A stretch of 64,000 nucleotides of DNA from Aplysia californica (taxonomy: Eukaryota). The stretch covers positions 19,568 through 83,567 of the forward strand of contig NW_004797506.1 in assembly GCF_000002075.1 (NCBI RefSeq). Reading direction: 5' to 3'. Shown piece by piece: positions 24,301-36,100 of this stretch; position 1 is the stretch's first letter; each line of letters starts with the position of its first letter. Under the pieces are notes generated by a model, which did not search any database, was not told where the DNA came from, and saw only the letters and a program-made list of their open reading frames with translations. The position numbers and the translations under genes are program-made.

Positions 24301-27300
24301 ATATGAATTTTGAAAGTGAATTTCTCCATCTGTCGCATTTTGTTCTTGTAACATATATTCCCACGTCCGCATTTGAATAACTTGTTTGTCTTCCCCTACA
24401 GTACGTGGAGACAATTGCATTCCTGGAACGCCCCTTCCTCTTCCGCCTGTTCTACATGGTCCCAATGTTCATCATTTTCCGCACACGCCTGTACATGGCC
24501 TGGATCATGTCGGAGATTATGTCTGTGACGGCTGGACTGGGAGCATATCCAGCAATATCCAAGCCACAGTGTGGTCAGGGACCCACCGACTACAGCATGC
24601 TGGACACTTTGTAAGAATGGAATCTTCTCACCCCCTTTTCATCTCATTCCAATGTGTACCTTCTTTCTTCTCAAAGAAATAAAGTGGGGCAAAGTTTCAC
24701 ATAATTAATTGGTAACTTTGTCTTTGACACAGTTTATCCTATGAGATGATAAGTCTGTCCCGTAAATCCAGTTACCTGTATATGTAATGTATGCTAAAGT
24801 AGAAACTTGTTTTATGACAAAAAGATGATGTCTTCTACAATATGCACAGTACATGCCGTTGGGATGATAAGTAGTCTTTGACATAATTGTTAGTCTCTTC
24901 TCTTTTGCACATTTAACACGAGTTCAACTTTTGTGAGGAAGTGTATGTTATTGAGTATCTCTTTCTTTCTGCTAGGATGGCATATCTGACTCAACTGAAG
25001 TTGGCCCTGATAGACAAGTCGAAGGAACCTGCCTCACAAATGATGTACAATGAAATTCGCTTTAACTGATGAAACCAATCGTGGTTAATCTGAAACCAGC
25101 AGTAAACCAAAAGAAATAAAGTCCCTCATGTTTTTTTTCTTCCATCTGAGCAATCTTTCTAATCCGAAAATCTGGATAAATTGAAGAAAATCCAACAGTT
25201 CCACAGATTTGAAAGTCCAGATTTGAATTTGACACCTTTTATGGTATCTAGGAAGCAGGCCTTGCTAATTTAAATATGTTTGTCTCTCTTTATGTCTTAC
25301 TTGTTGATTTGCATACATTTTGATGGTTCAAACAGAACAGTACCCTTGAATGTGTTTTTCCAGTTACACATCACCCAAAAAGGTTGACCAACGCTACAAC
25401 TTTGAGACAGTGCACAACATTGACATATATGGCTGTGAGCTGGCCCCCTTGACCAAGCAAGGACTTCGCAGTTGGAACATGACAGTCCAGTACTGGCTGG
25501 CCACCTACATCCACCGCCGTGTGCCGCCCGCCCTCAAGGCCAACAGGTGACTACACGTCTGAATGTCAAAGCTGCTGGGGGTTTTTTGTTTGGTTTTTTC
25601 TCTTTTTTTTTTTTTTTTGGGGGTGGGGGTGGGGGGGTACATTTTTACTGCTCTACTAGACATAGCTGGCCCCGTGGGCTTTGTTGGTTACGTTTCTAGT
25701 TTGTATCTAGCAATGTGTTTGATTTTTTCAAGAATAAGGTAGACTGTCACAGAACTGGTCATGTAGAGAAATGATTGCTCCATTCTACCGACAGGACACC
25801 CAGACTAAGAGGATAGTCTTAGAAAGAAGACTTGTTCTGCAAGTGCCATAAAATATTTACTAAAAACTAAAAGATCAAGGGTATCAGCGATGTCACAAAT
25901 TTTGAGTTACCTGTCATCACGAATTAGTTTTCAATGCATTCAGCATCGTTAACTCACTTGCGACTGGGCCCTTTCACCAGTCACAAGCGTTGAAGACTGG
26001 CGTTTTGGGGGTATTTCAATAAATCACCACAACTCTCAGAATTACCCTATTGTAATCATTTTTCGACACAGTAAAGTAACATTCAAGCTTAATCTAATAC
26101 AAAAAACTAAAGTTGTCTAAGTCTAATACTTAAATTTGTATGATTTTTTAAAAATTGGCATGAATTTGATTTTCCGAAAAATTTCCAAAGACGTGACAAG
26201 TAGAATGAAATTCACTGCAACAACAAAAATAAAAGTTCAAAGTGTTCAGGTTTGATTTGTATACATGGGCGAGTGTTTGGTGAAAATATAAAAGCTGGTC
26301 TGTGCATTGATTCAGGCCCATACACTGAATTACATGAGACAGATGTATGGCACGTCGTTGTGATTTCGTTGCGCGAAAAACAACACCGGTACTAGTGCTA
26401 GATCTAGCCCTAGAACTACGACTCGGGCCGTGTTCGGGTACATATCCAGGATCCTAACTATTAGACACATCATATTCTGAGACACTAGAACTAGTAAAAC
26501 GCACAGAAGTATAGAAAACGGCGAAATTATGTGATTCTTGTTCATGCGACTTCTTCGACCGTTACTATGACACGACTGTCGGATTACTATCAGCTGTATA
26601 GAAAAAAACAAAGCGCGAGTTTCGGTCTGTTCAACCCCAGTTGGGGTCATTGTCCTTCACCTTCAATAACTTAAAAACTACCGGCCCCAGAGATACGAAA
26701 CGAAGTCTAAGTAGCTCAGGCTTGGCCAAACAAGGGTACGAGGCAGGTCTCGCGATCCGTGCGTGATTTGTAGAGCGAAAAAAAAAATCCAAAGTTGGTC
26801 ACGCAGGGCTTGTGAGACCCGCGACGGGGGTCACGCAACTGTTGTGTGACCCGTCTGAAGTGAGTTTTTAAAAAATTTGTTTGTGTTGGCAGACATATGT
26901 CAGCCTCTAATTTGCTCATCGTTTAGATCCTTGATTTGCTTCGAATATTTTCACCATAAATACTTTTAAGTTCTTCCTGAACTTCATAGGGATTTTCCAT
27001 TTTGTGTAAAGAAGTTAAACGACATCTTTCACCTTTTGACCAATTTTGAAAAATATTAGATAGTTTATTACGTCTATTTTTTAAACTAATTCTGGGACAG
27101 CCGTTGTACAATTCCATCCGCTGCTGCTGCAACAGCAGCTGTTAAGTTCGCGCTAGACTGTCTGGTGTTGAGGCAGAAAGGTGTAGACCCCTGAACCAGT
27201 CACTGCCCGTGTGTGATGTGAATGATTTTTCTTCCTCAGAGTGGCGATCACCATGACCGTAAGTGCCTTCTGGCATGGCATCCACCCTGGCTACTACCTC

Positions 27301-27585
27301 AGCTTCCTCACTGTCCCTCCCATCCTCATGGCGGAGGAGACCATGATCAAAGCTTTCCGCAAGGAGGCGAGCCCTCTGGGGCAGCAGCTCTTTGATTGGG
27401 CTTGCTGGTTCTTCAAGATGCGTGGCTTCGACTATATGTGCATGGGCTTTCTGCTGTTGCGTCTGGGCTCCACGCTTCGTTACTGGTACTCGATCTACTT
27501 CCTCGGACATCTTGTCATGTTATCATTTTTAGCAATCGGACATCTCGCTTTAGCTCTCAAACCTAAAAAGCCGAAGGCTCAATGA
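15090..27585 (+). CDS. MBOAT7: Membrane-bound O-acyltransferase 7 / lysophosphatidylinositol acyltransferase (LPIAT1), complete, 474 aa. join(15090..15325,19165..19291,22606..22777,23381..23532,24402..24610,25364..25546,27240..27585)
   Basis: Exon lengths sum to 1425 nt in frame. Motifs: AQLFLTLRMIG, YIGILTGPYYKYRTF.DWL, GLGAYP...CGQGPT, WNMTVQYWLATYIH (catalytic Asn region) and SAFWHGIHPGYYLSF (catalytic His motif of the MBOAT7 type). Confidence 0.95.
15417..15871 (+). mobile_element. Mutator-like non-autonomous element with 9-bp TSD; a truncated inverted copy follows at 15903-15992
   Basis: Ends GGCCACCTCTAT... / ...GAGAATAGCCACTTTC; TSD TCCTAGCCT on both sides. Confidence 0.85.
17630..17912 (+). 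mobile_element. RTE-type LINE 3' fragment
   Basis: Translation RWMGHTFRK...SLQWNPLGTRGRSRPWETWRR...AQNRDKWK followed by a (GAT)n tail. Confidence 0.85.
19165..19291 (+). CDS. MBOAT7: MBOAT7 exon 2
   Basis: Encodes SFIWNFGYLAVFR...TNAAQLFLTLR; TTGCAG acceptor, GTAAAG donor. Confidence 0.92.
21311..22353. mobile_element. TTAA-flanked piggyBac-like MITE
   Basis: TTAA|CTCATTCGCTACG ... CGTAGCGAATGAG|TTAA. Confidence 0.8.
22606..22777 (+). CDS. MBOAT7: MBOAT7 exon 3
   Basis: Encodes MIGIAFEIQD...SYAFCYIGILTG; TTTTAG acceptor, GTAAG donor. Confidence 0.92.
23381..23532 (+). CDS. MBOAT7: MBOAT7 exon 4 (not in the ORF track)
   Basis: Encodes GPYYKYRTFQDWLE...SFNIE; TTTGCAG acceptor, GTATAG donor. 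Confidence 0.9.
24402..24610 (+). CDS. MBOAT7: MBOAT7 exon 5
   Basis: Encodes YVETIAFLERPFLFRLFYMVPMFIIFRTRLYMAW...GLGAYP; CTACAG acceptor, GTAAG donor. Confidence 0.93.
25364..25546 (+). CDS. MBOAT7: MBOAT7 exon 6
   Basis: Encodes YNFETVHNIDIYGCE...WNMTVQYWLATYIH; TTCCAG acceptor, GTGACT donor. Confidence 0.93.
25953..26864. mobile_element. piggyBac-like MITE
   Basis: TTAA|CTCACTT ... AAGTGAG|TTTT; the right TSD has decayed. Confidence 0.6.
27240..27585 (+). CDS. MBOAT7: MBOAT7 last coding exon
   Basis: Encodes SAFWHGIHPGYYLSFL...KPKKPKAQ* after a CCTCAG acceptor. Confidence 0.95.
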
Positions 27586-28360
27586 TAGCTGAATGTCAGC
27601 AGCCGTGGGGAGTCTTCCAGGGTATAGCTGATGACTGAGTAAGTTGGATTTTCAGTCCTTGCTGGATGAGAGGCGCAAAGAAATTTATGGTTCGGATACA
27701 AACAGTTGTACAACAAAGAACAAAACCCCTGGAACATTCCATCATTGTGGAATTTGTGATATTTTGGAGGAAAAAAAGTTGTCTATTTTTTAGTGCGTGT
27801 AAAATTAAGAACCTATGTCATGAAGAGTTTATCTTATAAGTTCTATTTTATGTGTAGGCCTACCATTTGTCCTACAGAAATTCTTACTTTGTGTGTGCCT
27901 TTTGTCTGCAGAAAGTGCTATTTCGTGTGTGCAGATTGTCCACTGAAAGTTCTACTGTTTGCATGCCGTTTTTGTGTTTTTATTTCTATTTTGTTTGTAC
28001 TATCATTTTTAGATTCTACTTTATATGTGTGTGATATCAGTTATGATATGTTGTCACAAATGTTACAAAGCCACAAAGCCACCAAGTTTTGCTAGTTTTT
28101 TAAACTAACGAGGGAAAGGCAGGCGCGTGTGTGGATGAAGACAAGAAATCTTAGTTCATTTTTTGTGGATATTCTATGTACCGGTATGTGTTTTATAGAA
28201 AAAAAGATAGAGTACAGGGTGTTTTTTTTTACAAATCAAATCCTTACTGGATGTGTCTTTGAGTGTGTTAATATAAGGAATTGCAAGATCTAGACAGGGT
28301 GTGTTTTTCTTGTTTTAGATGAACAGATGTGGAGATTGCAGAACAGACTGTCCCCCCAGA

Positions 28361-29800
28361 CAGGGATGCCAACCAGTACGATTTTACGTATTTTAGTACG
28401 ATTTTTTGCCGAAAATACGCGAATACGACTTCATGAAAAAATACGCATCCTGGAATGTGAAAAATGCGAGATTCAGCTTGGGCGAGTACACCTAATTACA
28501 GGTATCTCAAGTCCTATCTTTTGTCAAAATAGTCTCAGTAACACGGAACTGGAATATTTGAAAACCAAGTGCGATAAGGTCAGTAAGTTCAGTTTTGCCG
28601 GTCGCGAATGTGATATATTCGTTCAGCTTTTCCCTGTCCGAGAGTACGTTTCACGCGAACAGGCGGCTATGGCGGCAGGCGGAAGTGTATGTGACACCGA
28701 GGCTCGATCGAGAAAATCAAGATCTACTTTCACTTTCGTTACCACCGAGAAGTTTGCCATCGGTAGTCTGATAGGCTAAAGCAACATTTGTGACAGGCAG
28801 GTTGTGCAGTATAAACGCTGTGTCGCCGTGCAAATTAAATTTAATCAATACTCCGACTCGTCTCTGTGCTGTGACTTGTGGGAAAAAAAGAAAAGAAAAT
28901 ACAAGCGTCGTCCGATTTTTAAATTGTCTAGCTCGCCATCGTGACCGGTCAGTGACCCTGCGCGCATTGGCATCTTAAAAATACGACATCGTGTGAGCAA
29001 AGGCCGTCTGTGGTGGGAGTAACGGCATTGCAAATTATAGGACTATGGAATAGAGGGGGGGGGGGGATGTGAAGGCAACACCGGAGGACAAAAGTTTGGA
29101 AGCAATTTCAATATTTTGATTAGAGCTCTCTGCTAAGCGCGCGTTGGTGCATGCCGTGTGCGGAACCGGGACACTTCATACTTTGCAAGTCCTTGTTATT
29201 GAAATAAAGTGTTCACGTTTCATTGGATGGGTGATAGTAAATTATACCTACAGTGTATGTTGTAGCTTTCTGTTCAAGACTGGCAGATTTTCAGTGTCAC
29301 TGCATCTTGCCCTCCACGGTTGTTACAACTTTCACAGTGCATGGGTCTACTTGAGCCTTTCAAGTTATTGCTCTTCTCTGAGTTTGACCCATAATTTTAG
29401 TCTGTCAGTTCATAACATGAATCATGACACCCAGACTGGTCCTTGATAGTCGAAATTCTTGTTCTAGGCCTTTCCGAACGCTCAAAGCAGGATTAATTTT
29501 TTATATAATAATGAGACGAAAATATTATACATGTAATAGACTGAAATACTTTAGTCAAACAAGACCCCAGTACAACACTGAACACTAACATGTTGACTGG
29601 ATACATGTATATATTGTACGCGTGTGTGCTCCCTTTTTCGGGCTGGTGAGCTAGTAATTTTTTTTCAGGAAATATTGCTGGACATCCTGAACATTTTAGT
29701 AGTTGGTCAGTTGGTCGTGGGAAATACACATTTTCCCCTGAAAATACACATTTTCATATCTCCCAATACTCATTTCGGTTTTCCGTGGTTGGCATCTCTG
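28361..29800. mobile_element. Non-autonomous hAT-like element with 6-bp TSD, downstream of the MBOAT7 stop
   Basis: TIRs CAGGGATGCCAACCA / TGGTTGGCATCTCTG; TSD CCCAGA on both sides. Confidence 0.8.
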
Positions 29801-32800
29801 CCCAGAGCTGTGCTACTGACTGAAATGTTTTTAGGCTATTCCCAAAGAGAGAGGGGGGGGGATAATAACATGTTCTTATGCACAGAGGAATTGCAAATGG
29901 GCTGATTTATCAAAGTCATGCTCACACTGTGCCGGAACAGCATAGGGGGAACTACTGCTTTTTCTTTCCCTATCCTTACTATCATCATTTTCCTCTACTT
30001 CCTTTGCCTGATTCCCTGTTTGGACTCCTCTGTTGACAGCCACCCCTTGGTGCTCATATGACCTTATGCAGTTGCAAGCACCATAAAACCTTACTAAAAC
30101 AAACAAAGCAGAATGGACTGCTAGACAGACGACTCATTCTATGAGAATGGGTTTATTTACTTCGATTTATTAGCTTGACAGTCAAACCGAGTGGCATTTC
30201 GATATTTTTTATCACACCGAATGGTTGTTTCAACTTGCATAATGACTTTCAGAGCACATTCATTGTAATTGTAGTGCTTCGACTCTGATAGGCTGTTCGT
30301 TTGGGTCTCAAATTTTGTTAGGATGTTTCGATGGTTGGAGTGCTCTGCCATAAGCTGACATAATGCCTTTTTTTCTTCACAGCACTTTCGAGAGAATGAG
30401 GTTTTTTGGTCAGTGTAACTATTTTAAAATAGAATAATTCAGAAATTTGAATTCTAATATATTCAAAAACTAGTCAGTTTCACTTTGATTTTTTCACACA
30501 TCTGGTCAGGTTTTTGATGTTACAAATAAAACAATTTTGTGCGAAAAAGAATAATGGCGTTTTGTCAGCTTACGCCAGTGCTGCCCTCTGTATGCAGCTG
30601 ATGATCTGGGGTTGACACTTGCTTGTTTATGTGTGAATAGGTTTTAATGCATTTGTAAGGATGGGAGAGTAGGGCAAGTGAGACTGAGAGGAACATTGTT
30701 TGGATTTTGTTTTCTTTATATTATGTATATTTATGCATGCTTTACTGTTTCAGTCAAACCAGTCGAAATGCAGATATACCTATTCTATCAGTCTATAGTG
30801 GCTGTTGGTGCCAACTTAAATTTATGAAATCTATTTTTAAACGATATTTTATCTCTATATAATAATGTAATATTTTGCTGTATGCTTTGTCTGTGTCCAC
30901 TAAGAGGACCATGCCACATGAACTGCATGCAGGGTGAATGTTGAGACGTCCACCACCCACACTTCTCCACACAAATCAGGGTCTGTAGGGTTTTCTTCCC
31001 TGTCCACCTCTGGGAGCTTATATCACCCACAGTATCTAGCCACTGTGCCTGTTCTACTGGAGTAGAAAGACACTATTGTATGGCAGACCACATGGCTGGA
31101 TTTCTGTCCTAAATCAGACATCAGAGGTTATTGTTTCGACTTGATTTGAGTCAATCACTGTACTTTTTATTCTCTTACTGCTTCTTAAAAGACTCTTTTT
31201 GAGTGAAACCCAATGGAATTGGAATTGAAAAAAACCCATAATCCATTATAATACTCACCATCCTGTTTTTGTGAATTCAGAGGTCCCAAGTGTACTTTTT
31301 AAAATCATATTTATGAAACAGCAAATTTTGCCAATTTGTATGATACTGTCGGTCACATTTTTTGGGGAATGGGCATAATGTGTGGTATTGGTTTCATAAC
31401 TCAAGCTGGCGTTGTTAAAATGATCCCAAACTCAAATATTATTCTTCCTGTCGGTAGGCCTACCCCGGAGATATCAATGAACCACCAGTTCTCTCTTTTG
31501 GTCTCAGGGAACTCATTCTCTCTATCCTTCGGTCTCCGTCTGGGTGATCACATTCGATCTCACGGTCTTAGGGACTACTTTCTCTCCCTTTGTGATTCAT
31601 ATCATATGTCAGTACATAGAGAACGTTATGTCTCAGTATCGTACTTATAGACCGATACACAAATGTCAGTCAACCCTTGAAATATCATTCTATTGGTCTT
31701 TGTCAGGTTTTGCTGATTTTAATTTTACCCTCAGATGGAAGTGGTGAACTTTGTATACATAAAACCATGATGAGATGATTTTCCTCAATTCTTTATTATC
31801 ATGTTTTTGACTTCAAGATTTTTAAAACTTAATTAAAGAGGCATTTTCAAATCAAAATGTCTTCAGTTTCAGTAGCATGTGAATTATAGTAGTCTTGTTA
31901 CTCAGACATTCTAAAGCAGAGCTTCTGTTTTTACTCCTGAGACAAGCTTCACGAAAAGTATGATTCCACTGTCTGACGTCACAGAGTTGTCATCGCATGT
32001 GAAAGATCTGTGGTGAATGCTATGTGTGAAATGTGACTTGACATCTGCCTCCAACAGGACCAAATGATCGGTGGCATAAAACTTTTTGACCTAGACATTC
32101 TCTTACTTGTAGAGACTTGGACTGTTACTCAAAGTCAAAGTGTACAGCTAGTAACAAAAAGACATGCTATCTTCTCCAGTAAAGTCAAAGTATTTCTTTG
32201 AAATGAAAATCTTGCAACACGTACAAATGTAGACACACAAACAGATACTTTCATGAGCATGGTCCTGTTGACTGATGACACATCTGGCTACAGATCAGAA
32301 GACTCCACATACTTTCAGACAAGTGTTTGGCTTTTTATTCCATGAAAAATAAACCTACATTGACACATATAACGCAGAGATGATGACAAATTTAAGCAGT
32401 GATAGTCGTTCTTTACCTTTTTTTTGTTTGTTAGAGGCAACCTTCCTCTCAGAAAAATAAAATGTCTTAACCCACAGCTCTGTTGCTTAAGAATTTTTTC
32501 AGCAGGTTATCATCAATGTGTTACAAGTGTCACTTCAGTTTCATTTTTCAAGGAATGGCCAATTTACAAACCAGCATGTACAAACGAGCACAAAAAATAG
32601 GCGCAAACAAATAAAAATAAAGAAATGCAACTGAGTACATCCAAAATAATACATACACTCTCCAATTCACTTCAACATTTATTTATTGCACTGTTCCAAG
32701 CCATATTGATAACATTGACAGTACAGAGCACGGTTCTGAGCAAATACGACCAGTAATGTACTAGTAAAAGCCATGCACCATGGCCATAATTCAGAACAGT

Positions 32801-33011
32801 ACAGGACGTGTACAACGTAGAAAAGGCTTTTGCACAGGGCGGGCACAACTTCCATAAAGCATTTGTACAGGGTGCATACGGCTTCCATACATCTTATAAT
32901 TGCTGGTCCCCGGAGCAGGAGGAATGCGTTCAAGTAAGATGAACATTTTATCGCCATCACAGCGTCAAATCCATGCCAGAACGTGGCAGTGTCAGTGTCA
33001 GTGCCACAGAG

Positions 33012-33149
33012 TCAAATGCCTTCTCCACTCGGGTGAGCTAACTCCTGAATGACACAGTGCAGTAACTGGTTTTGTTCACAGTCCAGCAAGGGCCATAAAT
33101 CTTTCTGTAATGCCCGGAGAGAGTCTAGGTCATGTGACTGGCATGCCAT
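33012..33149 (-). CDS. F8A1: HAP40 last coding exon (MACQSHD...HPSGEGI*)
   Basis: CCACAG acceptor; TGA at 33014-33012. Confidence 0.92.
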   Translation of the reverse strand: MACQSHDLDSLRALQKDLWPLLDCEQNQLLHCVIQELAHPSGEGI

Positions 33150-36100
33150 CTGTGGAGAGCAAAAACATGGGGTCAACAATACACTCTTGTACTTGTATCA
33201 TCTGGGCTGGGGAGATTTAGTGAGGTCTGATTTCTTGTGCGTCACTGAACTAGTGACATACGGAGGTTACCAGTGTCTGTGATGGAGTGCTTAGCCTCTT
33301 TGCCTTGCATACAAAAGATATAACTTCGGGGAAGTTATTTTACAGAGTACATGTCCATTTGCTTCAGGGAGATTCTCCATACAGACTGCTAGTAGTGCTA
33401 GGTCGACTTCTACAGGAAGGGTCCATGCCTCCGAAATAATAAACTCATGTCAATAGGAGTGTAAAGACATTTACTTTGCAAAAAGTTTTTTTTAAAACCT
33501 GATGAGAAATTGAGACCTGGTATAGAGAAAAAAATTACTCAATCGGGGTACAGTAGTCTCCGTCTAAACGCACGGTGCTCGGGAGGGCTCCTTAGCGTGT
33601 GTTTATACGGAGCGTGCGTTTACACGAACCTTTGCAAATGGAGGAAGGGACGCAGTCATCTCATTGCCTTGATATTCTAGTGACCTCCCTTTGGGGTGGG
33701 GGTCACTTTGGGCCTATAATGTGACGACACGTGACTGTTTTGTAAAAGATTCCCCGACTGCAAAGGCGTTGAATGGGTGTGTGTGTGTTTGGGGGGAAGG
33801 GGGGGGGGGGGCAGAAAGACAGACTCGATGTAATGAATGCACCATAAAATGTCGGGAACCAATAGCCTAAAAAGAAATTGTTTGTGATAGTCATAGAGAC
33901 GACGGCCCTGCCACGTGGCTTTCCAAGCGACCACCCCCGATCGTAAATTCATGAACGAGCATTCCCATGTGTTGCGCATCATAGGCTTAAGTCTAACTAA
34001 ACATTAGCCAACACGCAGTCACTCAAACACCAGTCAGAAACCTTCTCTCAATAAGATGCATTTCCAGTGACCAATCAAATAACGTTTCAGTCCCCCAACC
34101 CCCCAACATATCACCAACCACTCCTAGACCTATGTGTCTCGAAAGTTGTGTGTGAAAATGCTGTCCATCTCTCTCTTTGTTCGGCATAAGGGTTAGTCTC
34201 GTAAAATATCCGGTTTTCTAGGCTTGTCTTATTACTCAAGCTGTGCAGATCGTACAGTAGTCGTAGTGAAATTTCCCTTAGTCAAGCTTTACCTGTCAGC
34301 GTGTTTCGCAGATTGGAGCGTGCGTTTAGGGGGAGTGACCATGCGTTTGTACGTCTAAATTATATAGTAAAAAAAAACGTCAGAGGACGAAAGCGTGCGC
34401 TTGAGCGGAGCATGCTTTTGTATGGCGTGCGTTTAGGCGGAGACTACTGTATCAGAAATGAGTTTTGGTAAAAGACAACAGAAGAAAGTAAAGGGGAAAA
34501 AAAGCAGATGACAGCTGAGCACACGCGAACCCTCTGAAAATGGGATGTCCTCACCAACAAAACTGAGCTGTTCTTGAGATTGCATCTCTAAGCGTTAACA
34601 GATCTGCTACAGACCAGACACATGACAAATGTCTACGGGATGAAACGCCCAGGGTGATTTTGCAGGATCAAATGAAGGACTAGTTGATTAACAACACAAA
34701 TATTTTGAATATATATTATATCTTACACCCCATTTGTCTTAAAACATGATACAATGAGCAGAGACTATTCATATCATCTATTCTTGTCTCATCAAGACAA
34801 ATCTGTGAAAACACACTCAAGTCAGGTCAGAACCTTTGGGAGGGCAGGGGCTGTTCTCATCAAGTGTCCAGCAAGGGGAAATGGATGCTCAGATTTGTAT
34901 CCAGGACCTAATTTCCTTAAAAACCTCTACCAGACAAGTCAACAAGAAGCAGAGCCGACATCAGCAAAGCATGCATTCGCAAGGTCAGGTAAACTTAAAA
35001 CATGCCTCGCTCTTTTTTTAACTGACAAAATTAGGAAAGTACAGAAGTGAAGACATCAAACAAAGCTAGTTGACAATGACAGACCGTCCACACTCACCAC
35101 TACTGACTGAAGCAGGAGATACAGGTCCTCCCCCAGGTACATTTCTGAAAGAAATAATAAGGAAGTGTCTACGTACTCCCCGATTGGGGTCTACGTAGCC
35201 ATGGTCTCTAGGTGGACCCCAAAAATGTTGGATTGTGATTGGCTCGCTGAGCGAGCGGTAGTTTACATTGGTTAAAATGCAAGGCTGCTAGGCCTATTAC
35301 TGATCATCTCGGGTAGTATGTTTATCTTGTGTTACTATAATTAATTTATTTTAGCCAAGAGAGAGAGAGAGAAAGAGAGAGTATTTAATGAATAAACGTA
35401 TCTAGATCTAGATTTTGTTGTGCACCCAGCCAAGAGTGTGTAGTTCGGTCTAGATTTAGATTCTAGATCTAGATCTAGACATCTAGATTAGATCTAGATT
35501 CTAGATCTAGATATGTTTATTCATTAAATTATACTCTCTCTCTGGGCTAAAATAAATAAATTATAGTAACACTAGATCGACACACCGCCCGAGATGATCA
35601 GTAGCCTTGCATTGTAACCAAAGATAGTACAGCCTACCGTAGGGTGTAGTATCTTTGTTGTAACCAATGTAAACTACCGCTCGCTCAGCGAGCAAATCAC
35701 AATCCAACATTTTGGGGTCCACCTAGACACCATGACAACGTAGACCCCAATCGGGGAGTACGTAGACACTTCCAAATAATAATAGTAATAAGTGCATTTA
35801 CTCTACATTGTGCATATCCATGCTCTTCAGTTTGTTCTATAAGCTTTACAACAATTAATAAAACAACATATGGAAGTCAGACAATCTGCAAGTTTCTGTA
35901 GCATACAATATTTAAGTAAGGGGAGGAGTTAGAAAAGAGATTAAAAAATTGAGGAAAAGGTAAACCTTTATTGTTGAGAATACAATATTTCGAGATCATA
36001 CATGTCATTGCTGCAGGATTCTAAACAGCTTACACCAAAATTGCAGTTTTTGGCTTTCTTCCCTGAATTCTGACTGACATCATACAACACATCCTATAAA

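Noticed and set aside
25060-25110. Possible third hammerhead (CTGATGA-AACCA/TGGTT-...GAAAC)
   Set aside because: There are five extra nucleotides before GAAA and no convincing stem I or III. Chance match or too decayed to call.
27142-27510. 122-aa ORF on the - strand
   Set aside because: Antisense shadow of the last MBOAT7 exon, with no recognisable motifs.
28327-28779. 150-aa ORF
   Set aside because: It crosses a transposon boundary, has no transposase motifs I can recognise, and has no splice support.
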